Origin: an uncultured Chloroflexia bacterium
Lineage (GTDB): Bacteria; Chloroflexota; Anaerolineae; CG2-30-64-16
Direction: 5' to 3'
Assembly: GCA_963810095.1 (NCBI GenBank)
Contig: CAWEMM010000006.1
Coordinates: 448,001-512,000 of the forward strand
Length of the DNA: 64,000 nucleotides
Shown here: positions 49,211 through 59,890 of the stretch, in pieces
Layout: the number at the start of each line of letters is the position of its first letter
Position numbering within the stretch: the stretch's first letter is position 1
Program-made: the position numbers and the translations under genes
The notes under the pieces: model-generated
Told to the model about the DNA's origin: nothing
The model's input: the letters and a program-made list of their open reading frames with translations, nothing else
The model's database searches: none

Positions 49211-50935
49211 TCAGCTCGCGATGATTACCTCGACACCGAGCTGCGCCAGCGCCTGCCGGTCATGGGCGCTGATACCGGCGTCTGTAATCAAACGATGGAT
49301 GCTTTCGATGGGTGCAATTCTGACGAGTGACTCGACGCCGATCTTGGTATGATCGGCCAACAGGACCACCTCGCGGGCCGCCCGCAGCATCGCCTGCTTG
49401 ACGCCGGCCTCCTGCACGTTGGTGTTAGAGAGGCCAAAACTGGCGCTCAAGCCCGTGCCGGCGATGAAGGCCTTGTCTGCCCGCAGATTAAGGAAGGCGG
49501 CTTCGGCACTCGGGCCCGTCAGCGACTGGCTTTGGTTCCGCACGACGCCGCCGCTCGACAAGAGCGTGATCCCCCGCTCCGCGGCCAGCTCGCTCAGCAC
49601 GCCGACTGAGTTGGTAATCACCGTAATACCCTGCCGGCCCCGCAGCGCCTGCGCCATGTACCAAGTCGTCACCCCGCCATCCATGATGATGGTGTCGCCC
49701 TCGCTGACGAGCCGGGCCGCCGCGCACCCGATGTTGCGCTTGACTGCATCGATCTCGTGCACCATATCCTGGCTGGCATCGAGCACCTCGAGCTGAATTT
49801 CCAACTCACGGGCCCGCTCCTGCATGGCGCGCCGCACGGCCCGATACCAGTCGTGGGAGCTCAGAATTTGAATCCAGGCGAGCCGTGCCGGGCGAGGGCG
49901 GTTGGAAGAGTGGCTCAGCAGCTTGTAGCCTGCGCTGCCGGTCGCTAATTGCCCGACGGCGGGCCAGTTGATGCACCAGCCGTCGGGCCCGGCATCGGGC
50001 ACGTAGTAGCGGTCGAGCGTTTCGCGGGTGACAATGGCGAAGGGGGTCGTGATGCGATCGGGCAGAGCGCAGTCATGGAAGGCGCAGACGGCCGCATCCA
50101 CGCAGGCCCGGCCTACCACCTCGGGAAACATCGCAGCGCAGAGCTTGAAGAGGTCGCCCTGGGCGAGCAGATCCCGGGTCGCCTTGCCTTCGAGGCCGAA
50201 CCACGCGACCACGGGCGGCCGGCGCCCCGCACTGTGCGCGGCTCGCCACGCATCTACCGCACCGAGGATCGAATCGTCGTTGATGGCAAAGATGACGTCG
50301 ATATCGGGCTGGATCGCCAAGGCCTCGGCCACGATCGCGCGGGCAGGCCCGCGTGAGCCGCCGCCGTCAATGGTGAGCACGCTGCGCTCGCCCACAAACG
50401 TCTCGCGCAGCCCATCCGTGAAGCCGCGGCTGCGCGCCTCGGTGTTGGGGAGGGGATGGCTGACCTCCAGCACCTTGAGCGGTGCTGCGCCGTGCTGCTG
50501 CACATACTGCCCGGTGGCCCGGCCCAGCTCGAGCCCGGCCCGGTAGTCATCGATGGCAACCAGTGTCAACGCGCCCGCATAGCGATAGGCTTCGGCCACT
50601 ACGGGCGCACCTGCCCGTCGGGCCCGCTCGATCAAGGTCCGGGTGGCGGTCGTATCGCTGGGGGTCACGATCAGTGCGTCGGCCCGGTCCACCATGGCAA
50701 GCCGCTCTTCGAGCGCAGACAGGTTCGTCGGACCGCAAGGGGGGGCGCCGTGGCTGTTTGAAATGACTGCGCCGCCGTGCGTGCGGCGGAGCAAGCCGAG
50801 CTCTTCCAAACGCGCGAGATCCCGCCGTGCCGTGACGGGCGAGCATTCGCAGTGGTCGCAAATTGCCTCAATCGAGACAACCTGCTCCTGCTGCAACAGG
50901 TTCAGGATAATACCCTCGCGCTGGGCAGGGAGCAT
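49211..50935 (-). CDS. DeoR-family regulator: HTH + sugar-binding (PBP-like) domain + DeoRC
   Basis: SPVTARRDL...RRTHGGA; IFAINDDSILGA; GDTIIMDGGVTT, VITNS, LADHTKIG. Confidence 0.88.
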   Translation of the reverse strand: MLPAQREGIILNLLQQEQVVSIEAICDHCECSPVTARRDLARLEELGLLRRTHGGAVISNSHGAPPCGPTNLSALEERLAMVDRADALIVTPSDTTATRTLIERARRAGAPVVAEAYRYAGALTLVAIDDYRAGLELGRATGQYVQQHGAAPLKVLEVSHPLPNTEARSRGFTDGLRETFVGERSVLTIDGGGSRGPARAIVAEALAIQPDIDVIFAINDDSILGAVDAWRAAHSAGRRPPVVAWFGLEGKATRDLLAQGDLFKLCAAMFPEVVGRACVDAAVCAFHDCALPDRITTPFAIVTRETLDRYYVPDAGPDGWCINWPAVGQLATGSAGYKLLSHSSNRPRPARLAWIQILSSHDWYRAVRRAMQERARELEIQLEVLDASQDMVHEIDAVKRNIGCAAARLVSEGDTIIMDGGVTTWYMAQALRGRQGITVITNSVGVLSELAAERGITLLSSGGVVRNQSQSLTGPSAEAAFLNLRADKAFIAGTGLSASFGLSNTNVQEAGVKQAMLRAAREVVLLADHTKIGVESLVRIAPIESIHRLITDAGISAHDRQALAQLGVEVIIAS

Positions 50936-50994
50936 CAGCGTTCCCTTCTGACTGGTTTTGATCGGAGGAGGTAAGTAATGAACGAAGCAGCCCC

Positions 50995-51079
50995 ATTCTA
51001 GCGGCGATAGCGGACAAAGTCAATCAAGAAGCATGATCGATTTTGATCGTTTTGCGTGGGCTGGCCGCGGGGGTAGAAT
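50995..51079. promoter_or_regulatory. Divergent sigma70 promoters with TGATCG repeats (candidate DeoR operator)
   Basis: Minus: TTGACT-17-TAGAAT (51023-50995); plus: TTTGCG-17-TAGAAT (51051-51079); ATGATCGATTTTGATCGTTTT lies between. Confidence 0.65.
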
Positions 51080-51116
51080 GGGGACTGTCTGGCCCGTGGA
51101 ACGACAGGAGGAAAGG

Positions 51117-52262
51117 GTGCCCGTAACGTCTGATTGGCTCGTCGTCGGGGCGGTGATTCTGGCGCGCCTCATCCTCCCTCTTCTCATCCCGAAGTACCCG
51201 CTGCCTGCTATCCTGGCATGTCTCCTCGTAGACGGTATCGACCAGACCGTCTTTCAGACGTTCACCAAGCTCAACCTCGACTGGTACCAGAACTACGACA
51301 AGGCGCTCGACATCTACTACCTGGTCATCGCGTATCTCTCGACCTTGCGGAACTGGCGCAGCCGGCCGGCCTTCCAGGTCAGCCGGTTCCTGTTCTATTA
51401 CCGGCTGATTGGGGTCGCGGCCTTTGAGCTGACCGAGTGGCGCCCGCTCCTGTTGGTTTTCCCCAACGTGTTCGAATACTTCTTTATTTACTACGAGGGC
51501 TTGCGCTCGCGCTGGAACCCGCTCCGCTTCAGCCGGCGCTACTGGCTCGTCGTGGCGGCCGCCATCTGGGTGTTCATCAAGCTCCCGCAGGAGTGGTGGC
51601 TGCACATCGCGCAACTCGATACGACGGACCTGATCAACGAGAAGGTATTTGGGGTGAGCAAGGATGCGGGGATTGCCGCGGGCATCGCCAACCGGCCGCT
51701 AATGCTGTTGGCGCTGATCGGGGCGGCCGCACTCGTGGCGCTTGTCGTGCGCTACCTGGTGATACCGCGCCTGCCGCCGCCGCACCACGGATGGCAGTTC
51801 GCGGCCGAGCGGCTGCCAAAGCGGGCCGGCACACCCGAGCAGCGCCGCGAAGTGTTCCTCCTCACGCGCAGCCCGGTCGACGCCGCGCTGTTCGAGAAAG
51901 TGGTCCTCGTGACCCTGGTCACGTTGATCTTCGCCCAGATTCTGCCGAGTTTTACCGGCACGAACTTGCAGCTGGCACTGGCGGTCGTCGCAGTCGTCAC
52001 CCTCAACTCGTTCGTAAGCCATTGGTTTGCCCATCGTGGCGTGGGCTGGCGGTCGCCCGTGGCCCAGTTCGGGGCGCTGCTCGCCGTCAATGCGGCGATC
52101 GTGGCCGCCGCCCACCTGCTGATCGGAGGGGGCCCCTTTGCTCTGGCGGGAGCCGGCGCCTTTCTGCTCGCGCTGCTCACGCTGCTGGTCACGCTGTACG
52201 ATTACTTTCGGCCGATGTACTCGGCCAGGTTCGAGTCGCGGGGCCGCGCCGGCTCGAAGTAA
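51117..52262 (+). CDS. Hypothetical multi-TM membrane protein
   Basis: AGGAGG RBS + GTG; DGIDQ...YQNYDKALDIYY, FPNVFEYFF, KLPQEWWLH. Confidence 0.75.
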   Translation: MPVTSDWLVVGAVILARLILPLLIPKYPLPAILACLLVDGIDQTVFQTFTKLNLDWYQNYDKALDIYYLVIAYLSTLRNWRSRPAFQVSRFLFYYRLIGVAAFELTEWRPLLLVFPNVFEYFFIYYEGLRSRWNPLRFSRRYWLVVAAAIWVFIKLPQEWWLHIAQLDTTDLINEKVFGVSKDAGIAAGIANRPLMLLALIGAAALVALVVRYLVIPRLPPPHHGWQFAAERLPKRAGTPEQRREVFLLTRSPVDAALFEKVVLVTLVTLIFAQILPSFTGTNLQLALAVVAVVTLNSFVSHWFAHRGVGWRSPVAQFGALLAVNAAIVAAAHLLIGGGPFALAGAGAFLLALLTLLVTLYDYFRPMYSARFESRGRAGSK

Positions 52263-52283
52263 CCTCGCCGGGAACACACAAAA

Positions 52284-52315
52284 GACGCCAGGTTCACGGC
52301 CGTGAACCTGGCGTC
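52284..52315. terminator. Terminator between convergent genes
   Basis: Perfect 32-bp palindrome GACGCCAGGTTCACGGCCGTGAACCTGGCGTC preceded by AAAA. Confidence 0.75.
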
Positions 52316-52348
52316 GGGGTTGCGTGGGGGCGTGCGCCCGGGCGTCCG

Positions 52349-53332
52349 CTACTTGCGGATCGGTTTCTGGATCGCGCTGATCAGCACAGCCACGAGCACG
52401 ATCAGGCCGCGGGCGACCTCCTGCCAATAGGGGTCCACCCCCATCAGCACCATGCCGTTGTTCAGCAGGCCAATGAACAGTACGCCCAGCAGCGTGCCAA
52501 TCATCGAGCCGGACCCGCCCGCCAGGCTCGTGCCGCCAATCACGACGGCTGCGATCACGTCGAACTCGAGGCCCTCGCCCACGCTGTGCGAGCCGGCCAT
52601 GATGCGGGACGAGGTGATGACCCCGCCGATGGCCGCCATCATGCCGCTGATGGCAAAGACCAGGATGCGTGTGCGGCCCACCGGGATGCCCGAAAGCCGC
52701 GACGCTTCTTCGTTGCCGCCGACGCTATAGACAGACCGGCCAAACACCGTGCGCGTACTCAAGAAATAGAAGATCGCAACGGTTACCAGCATGAGCACGG
52801 CCGGCACCGGGATCACCTTGAAGACGTAGCCCTGGCCCCAGTACGAGAAGGATTCGGGGAAGGGCGTAATGGGATAGGCGCTGGTGATGACTTTTGCCAG
52901 GCCCTTGTACACCATCATTAAGGCCAGTGTGACCACGAAGGCCGGGATGCCCCACTTGACCCGGATGCCGCCGGCCAACGAGTGAACGAGGGTGATAATG
53001 CCGACCACGAACAGCACGGCCAGCGCCAGAGGCCAGTGCTGCTTAATTGCCAGCACGCCCAGGAGGGCACTGGCCCACGCAACCGCGCCGCCCACGCTCA
53101 CGTCGATGTCGCCCGAAATGATGACGAAGGTCATGGCACAGGCGATCATCCCATTGATCGCGACCACGCGCAGCACGTTGAACAGGTTACGCGGTGTGGC
53201 GAAGTTGGGCGCAATCGCCCACAACACGACAAACAGGATGATCACACCGAGCAGCAGGCCCGCGCGCGAGAGCAGCTCGCCCGCCCGCGCCTGCCAGGCC
53301 GGCTTGGTTTTCACCTCGGCGGTCTTGATCAT
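52349..53332 (-). CDS. Sugar ABC transporter permease, RbsC-like
   Basis: SGDIDVSVG, VGGNEEASRLSG, IAAVVIGGTSLAGG. Confidence 0.9.
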   Translation of the reverse strand: MIKTAEVKTKPAWQARAGELLSRAGLLLGVIILFVVLWAIAPNFATPRNLFNVLRVVAINGMIACAMTFVIISGDIDVSVGGAVAWASALLGVLAIKQHWPLALAVLFVVGIITLVHSLAGGIRVKWGIPAFVVTLALMMVYKGLAKVITSAYPITPFPESFSYWGQGYVFKVIPVPAVLMLVTVAIFYFLSTRTVFGRSVYSVGGNEEASRLSGIPVGRTRILVFAISGMMAAIGGVITSSRIMAGSHSVGEGLEFDVIAAVVIGGTSLAGGSGSMIGTLLGVLFIGLLNNGMVLMGVDPYWQEVARGLIVLVAVLISAIQKPIRK

Positions 53333-54832
53333 GATTCGGTTTCCTCCATCACCATCGCCAGCAGCCGCTCCAGGTCGATTTCGTCGGGCTTGACTTCGGC
53401 TGTAATGCCGCCGTCGTGCATGACCAGGATACGGTCGGCGACGTCGAGCACTTCTTCAATTTCTGACGAGATGAACACCACGGCCAAGCCCTGCGTTGCC
53501 AGGTCGCGCACCAGCGAGAAGATCTGCTCTTTCGCCTGAATGTCGATGCCGCGCGTCGGCTCGTCCATCAGGAGCACTTCGGGCAGCGTGTTGAGCCAGT
53601 TGCCGACGACGACCTTCTGCTGGTTGCCGCCGCTGAGCGTTTGCGCGGCGACGTTCAGGTTCGGCGTCTTGATTGCCATCGACTGAACCATCTCTTGGGC
53701 GAGGGTATTCGCCTTGGCACGCTGCAGCACGCCGCTGACGCTAAAGCGGTCCATCGCGGCGATGGTCAGGTTGTCACGGACGGAGAAGGGCAGGACCAGC
53801 CCCTGCCGCTTGCGGTCTTCGGGCGTGAGGCCCACTTTGTTCGCCTTCATGTTCTCGGGCGTCGGGTGGCTTACCCGCTTGCCCTTGACGGTAATCTCGC
53901 CGCTATCCACGGCGTCGAGGCCGAAGATCGCGCGCACGAGCTCGGTGCGACCCGAGCCGAGCAGCCCGGCCAGGCCGAGCACCTCGCCGCCCCGCACCTC
54001 GAAGGAGACGTCCTTGAGCACCGCGCCCCGGTTAAGGTTCTTCACCGCCAGCTTCACTTCGCCCACCTGCGTGCGACCGCCGCGCACCGTGCGCTGCCAG
54101 TCCACGCCGATCATCATCTGGGCAATGCGCGGCGGGGGTGGCCTGCTGCGCGGTGATCGTGCCGATCAGGCGACCATCGCGCAAGACCGTGACGTTGTCC
54201 GCGACGTGGGGAATCTCCTGCAGACGATGGGTGACGTAGATAATTGCCTGGCCCTGTTCCGCCAGCTTGCGGACCACTTTGTGCAGGACATCCACCTCGC
54301 CCGACGCCAGCGCGCTCGTCGGCTCGTCAAGCACGAGCACCCGAGGGCCCATCGACAGCGCCTTGGCGATCTCCACCAGCTGCTGGTTGGCGACACTCAG
54401 CCGGCCGACCTCCTGGTCGAGGTTGATCGAGACTTCCAGTTGGTCAAGCGCGGCTTTGGCAATGGGCCGAACCCGGCTGCGGTCGATGACCGACAGGCCA
54501 AGGATGTTGTGCCGGGGCCAGCGCCCCAGCAGGATGTTCTCGGCGACGGTCAACCCGGGCACCAGGCTCATCTCCTGGTAGACCGTGTAGATGCCCTGTT
54601 TGAATGCATCCTGCGGGTCGGCGATGTTTACCGGCTGCCCGTCGATGCGGATGGCGCCGCTGTCTGGGTGGACCGCACCGCTCAGCACCTTGACGAGCGT
54701 GGACTTTCCCGCACCGTTCTTGCCCAGCAGCGCCCGGACCTCGCCGCGCTCGAGCGTGAAGTCCACCCCGTCCAGCGCGACCACGCCGGGATACTCTTTT
54801 GAGACTTGTTCCAGGGCCAAGATCGGAGTCAT
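53329..54832 (-). CDS. Sugar ABC transporter ATP-binding protein, RbsA-like (frameshift near 54130)
   Basis: GKNGAGKST, LDEPTSAL, LSGGNQQK, DEPTRGID. Confidence 0.9.
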
Positions 54833-54849
54833 TGATCCTCCGGGACAAC

Positions 54850-54890
54850 TTCTTGCCCCCCGCCGGCCTGCGGCCGGCGGGGGGCAAGAA
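54850..54890. other. Strong 19-bp stem-loop after the binding-protein gene (probable mRNA stabiliser/attenuator)
   Basis: TTCTTGCCCCCCGCCGGCC-TGC-GGCCGGCGGGGGGCAAGAA. Confidence 0.7.
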
Positions 54891-54898
54891 AAGGGGGT

Positions 54899-57818
54899 TT
54901 ACTTGAAGATCGCCTTGCCTTCGGTGTCCGCGAACTGCTTGATCAGCGCATCGTTGCCGCGGCCGAAGTAGATCGTCGGGGTGTTGGTCACCGCGTCGAC
55001 CTTCTCGCCGTTCATCACGCGGACCATGGTCATGAACGAGTCATAGCCCATCTGGTAGGGGGCCTGGCCCGTCACGCCCTGGAGGATGTTGTCCGACGCC
55101 TGCAGCATCTGGCCCATCTGGTTGTTCATGTCCGTGCCGAACACGAACACCTTGTCGCTCAGGCCCAACGTCTTCACAGCATTGGCATGCGCCACCGTGC
55201 CGCCTTCGTTCGCGGCCCACAGCACGTTGATGTCCGGGTTCGCCTGCAGCATCGCCTCCGACACCGGCTGCGCCTTGTCGGCCAGCCAGCCCGCCTGGTC
55301 TGCTACCACCTGCACCCCGGCCAGCTTCTTGAGTTGGTCCTCGAACCCTGCCTTGCGCGGCGGGCAGCCTTCGAACTGGTCGCAGTTCAGCACGCCAACC
55401 TTGGCCTTGCCGCCCAGCTTGTCCGTGATGAACTTCACCGCGGCCTCGCCCGACTTGATGCCCAGGTCTTCGTTCTTCGTCACCAGGAACCCCGAGGGGA
55501 TCGTCTTGTCGTTGACGCAGGTGTTGAAGCAGATGATCGTAATGCCGGCATCCTTGGCCCGCTTCAGCGCCGCCACCGACCCGTCCGCCGAGATCGGCGT
55601 GATCACGATCGCATCGACCTTGCGGGCGATGTAGTCGTCGATCATCGACGCTTCTTTGTCCAGCTTGTTGTCCGTGTTGCCCAGGATCAGCGTCGAGCCG
55701 GTCTTGTCGGCCGCGGCCTGCATGCCGGCTTGCACGGTCTGCATAAAGGTGTCCGACTGGAACACGACGCCGGCAACGGTCAGCTTCTTGTTAGGCATTG
55801 GTTCCGCTGCGGCTTGCGGCGCGGCGCTCTCGGCTGCCGGGACCTCGAAGATCGCCTTGCCTTCGGTGTCCGCGAACTGCTTGATCAGCGCATCGTTGCC
55901 GCGGCCGAAGTAGATCGTCGGCGTGTTGGTCACTTCGGCGACCTTCTTGCCGCCGAGCACGTCCAAGGCGCTGGCGAGCGCGTCATAGCCCATCTGGTAG
56001 GGGGCCTGGCCCGTCACGCCCTGCAGGATGTCGTCCGACGCCTGCAGCATCTGGCCCATCTGGTTGTTCATGTCCGTGCCGAACACGAACACCTTGCCGC
56101 CCAGGCCCAACGTCTTCACGGCGTTGGCGTGCGCCACCGTGCCGCCTTCGTTCGCGGCCCACAGCACGTTGATGTCCGGGTTCGCCTGCAGCATCGCCTC
56201 AGACACCGGCTGCGCCTTGTCGGCCAGCCAGCCCGCCTGGTCTGCTACCACCTGCACGCCCGGCAGCGCCTTCAACTGGTCCTCGAACCCTGCCTTGCGC
56301 GGCGGGCAGCCTTCGAACTGGTCGCAGTTCAGCACGCCGACCTTGGCCTTGCCGCCCAGCTTCTCCGTGATGAACTTCACCGCGGCCTCGCCCGACTTGA
56401 TGCCCAGGTCTTCGTTCTTCGTCACCAGGAACCCCGAGGGGATCGTCTTGTCGTTGACACAGGTGTTGAAGCAGATGATCGTAATGCCGGCATCCTTCGC
56501 CCGCTTCAGCGCCGCTACCGACCCATCCGCCGAGATCGGCGTGATCACGATCGCCTTAACACCGCGCGCGATGTAATCGTCGATCATCGACGCTTCTTTG
56601 TCCAGCTTGTTGTCCGTGTTGCCCAGGATGACTTCCGCGCCAAGCTTATCGGCTGCGGCCTGCATACCGGCTTGCACGGTCTGCATAAAGGTGTCCGACT
56701 GGAACACGACGCCCGCGATCACCGGCTTCTCGCCGGCCGGCTTGGGCGCGGCGCTCTCGGCTGCCGGAGCTTGGAAGACAGCCTTGCCTTCAGTGTCGAT
56801 GAACTGCTTGATCAGCGCATCGTTGCCGCGGCCGAAGTAGATCGTCGGGGTGTTCGTGACCTCGGCAACCTTCTTCCCGCCGAGCACGTCGAGCGCCGAG
56901 TTCAGCGAATCGTAGCCCATCTGGTAGGGGGCCTGGCCCGTCACGCCCTGCAGGATGTTGTCCGACGCCTGCAGCATCTGGCCCATCTGGTTGTTCATGT
57001 CCGTGCCGAACACGAACACCTTGTCGCCCAGGCCCAGCGTCTTCACGGCGTTGGCATGCGCCACCGTGCCGCCTTCGTTCGCGGCCCACAGCACGTTGAT
57101 GTCCGGGTTCGCCTGCAGCATCGCCTCAGACACCGGCTGCGCCTTGTCGGCCAGCCAGCCCGCCTGGTCTGCTACCACCTGCACGCCCGGCAGCGCCTTC
57201 AACTGGTCCTCGAACCCTGCCTTGCGCGGCGGGCAGCCTTCGAACTGGTCGCAGTTCAGCACGCCAACCTTGGCCTTGCCGCCCAGCTTGTCCGTGATGA
57301 ACTTCACCGCGGCCTCGCCCGACTTGATGCCCAGGTCTTCGTTCTTCGTCACCAGGAACCCCGAGGGGATCGTCTTGTCGTTGACACAGGTGTTGAAGCA
57401 GATGATCGTAATGCCGGCATCCTTCGCCCGCTTCAGCGCCGCCACCGACCCATCCGCCGAGATCGGCGTGATCACAATCGCCTTAACACCGCGCGATGTA
57501 ATCGTCGATCATCGACGCTTCTTTGTCCAGCTTGTTGTCCGTGTTGCCCAGGATCAGGTTGACGCCGGCCTTGTCGGCTGCGGCCTGCATACCGGCTTGC
57601 ACGGTCTGCATAAAGGTGTCCGACTGGAACACGACGCCTGCAATCGTGGGCTTGTCGGTCGCTGCAGGTTGCTCAGGGGCCTTCGTAGCTTCGGGTGCGG
57701 TCGTTGCCTGTGCAGCGGGTGCGGCGGTGGGCTGCGCGGCGGGCGTACCGCACGCGGCCAGCACCATCGACAGGACCGTCAACACGGCGAGGAGTTGCAA
57801 GAATTTCCTTGCAGACAT
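54899..57818 (-). CDS. Sugar-binding lipoprotein with three near-identical tandem domains (frameshift near 57490)
   Basis: LAAC lipobox; three units AGVVFQSDTFMQTVQAGMQAAADK...TEGKA with periods of 927 and 942 bp. Confidence 0.9.
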
Positions 57819-57926
57819 GGGGCTTCCCTCCTGGAATACGTAGAGCGGCGTCACTCGTGCCGCCAGCGATGTTCTCCTGAGAGAGGACACAGGGGTCCCT
57901 GCCTGGCAGCGCACAGGGGCACGGTG

Positions 57927-58025
57927 ATAGTAGCACAGAAACGGACACGTGTCAATAGGGTTCTTTCGTTTCTGATCGAAATCGAAAGAAAAGCTATTGA
58001 CAAACGATCGTTATCGCTCTATACT
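57927..58025. promoter_or_regulatory. Back-to-back sigma70 promoters with a central palindromic operator
   Basis: Minus: TTGACA-17-TACTAT (57955-57927); plus: TTGACA-17-TATACT (57997-58025); operator candidate TTCTTTCGTTTCTGATCGAAATCGAAAGAA at 57961-57990. Confidence 0.8.
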
Positions 58026-58051
58026 GGCTTCGGATTCTCACGGAGGCTGCC

Positions 58052-59772
58052 ATGCCGGTGAACGCGCGTCAAGAGCGCATCCTGGACGAGCTGGAACGCA
58101 ACGGTTTCGCGTCGGTGATCAACCTCAGCGGCCTGCTGCAGGTGTCCGAGGTCACCGTGCGTCGCGATCTCGAACAACTGGAAGGGGCCGGGCGCCTCAG
58201 GCGTACGCACGGCGGCGCACTCAGCGTAAAGCCCCCAACAGGGCAGCCGAACGGTGCGGGCGAGCGTGGGCTTGGCGAGCGACAGCCGAACGCGCTCGCG
58301 GACCGGGTGGACGTGCTGGTGACGACACCCGTCGATCCGGCCTTCGACCGGGCGCTGCTCGACCGGGCTGCACAGCGCGGCGTGCCCGTCATCGCCGAGT
58401 CGGTCTCCATGCCCGGCGCAGTCACCCTCGTTGCACCCGACAACACGGCGGCCGGCTTCGCCCTTGGCGTGTGGGCGGGGCGCCACGCGCTCGAGCATTG
58501 GGAGGGCCGCGCCTACCTCCTCGATCTGACCTTCGACCTTGAAAATACCCGCGAACGGAGCCAGGGCTTCGTGGCCGGATTGCGCAGCGTCCTGCCAGAC
58601 GCCCAGCACGTCCTGTCCATCAACGCCGGGTCGAACCAGGTGCCGGCTTATCAAATCACCCGCGACGTGCTCGCCGTGCACCCGGAAATCAACATCATCT
58701 TTGCCATCAACGACGCCACCGCCGCGGGCGCAGCCCGGGCCTGCCGCGACCAGAGCATCCCGTCGGAAGAGCTCCTCCTGATGACCTTCGGCCTCGAAGG
58801 CAATACCTTGCGGAACTCGCTCTCGACGTGCGGCTACTGCCGGGCCGGCCTGGCGATGTTTCCCGAGGTGGTTGGCCCGATCTGCGTGGAGGCGGCCATC
58901 CCGCGCTGGAGGGCCAGCCGCTGCCGCCGCATCTCGTCACGCCGACGGCGGTGTTGACCACGGAGTCGCTGGCCGAGTTCTACCAGCGCAACGGCCCGTC
59001 GTGGGAGTGCAACTGGCGGGCCGTCGAAGAGAAGCTGAAACTGCCCCTGCCGCTCAACGGAGATCACGGGGCCCGCTCCAGGCGCCCGCCGCGCCGCATC
59101 GGCCTGGTTGTGCCGTTTAGCGAGCACGAGTGGTACGCCAACCTGGCCGAATGCATGGGCGCCTATGCCGCCCGCTATGGCATGGAACTCGAGGTGATCG
59201 ACGCGGAGGCGAGCCGCCAGGAAGACATCAGCATGCGCCAGCGAGAGATCGCGCGCTTGGCGGCCACGCTGGTCGCTCCCGGCGACGTCGTGCTGATCGA
59301 CGCCGGCCCGGTGACGACGTTCCTCGCCGAAGCTCTGGCCGAACACCAGGGCATCACGGTCATCACGAACTCGCTCGGCGCCATCGACGCGCTGCGCGAC
59401 CGTCCCGGCGTGACGCTCATTGTCACGGGTGGGCTGCTGCCCGCGGGAAGCGGCGCTCTGAGCGGCCCAACCGCCGAGCAGTCGCTGCACGAGCTGCGCG
59501 CGGATAAGCTCTTCCTGGCCGCCGTGGGCGTCACCCCCGAGTTCGGCATCTCGCACGATCGCCTGGCCGAAGTTGCCACCAAGCAGGCGATGATTCGTGT
59601 GGCACGCGAAGTCATTTTGCTGGCCGACCATACCCTCTTCGGCCAGGAATCGGTCACCCAAGTCGCCCCCCTTCGCGTCCTCTCCCGCGTGATCACCGAC
59701 AGCGCGCTCCCGGCGACCACACGCCTGGAGTTGAGTAAAACCGGGATCGAGGTTATCATCGCGCGCACGTAG
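58052..59772 (+). CDS. DeoR-family regulator: HTH + PBP-like domain + DeoRC (frameshift near 58900)
   Basis: VSEVTVRRDL...RRTHGGA; IFAINDATA; GDVVLIDAGPVT, VITNS, LADHT; paralog of 49211-50935. Confidence 0.87.
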
Positions 59773-59780
59773 CAATTCCT

Positions 59781-59877
59781 GCCACAGAGGGGACAGAGCA
59801 AACCGGGGCCGTGGGAGCAAATCTGTATCCTCGGGTGCCTCCGAAGCACCTCTGTGCCCTCTATAAATCTCTGTGGC
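59781..59877. repeat. Palindromic intergenic element (CACAGAG, 9-nt period)
   Basis: GCCACAGAGGGGACAGAG...CTCTGTGCCCTCTATAAATCTCTGTGGC. Confidence 0.65.
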
Positions 59878-59890
59878 AAAGGCGAAGTTG

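Noticed and set aside
54899-57818. Near-identical repeats as a diversity-generating retroelement template/variable pair
   Set aside because: No reverse transcriptase gene; differences are not adenine-specific; the repeats are whole in-frame domains.
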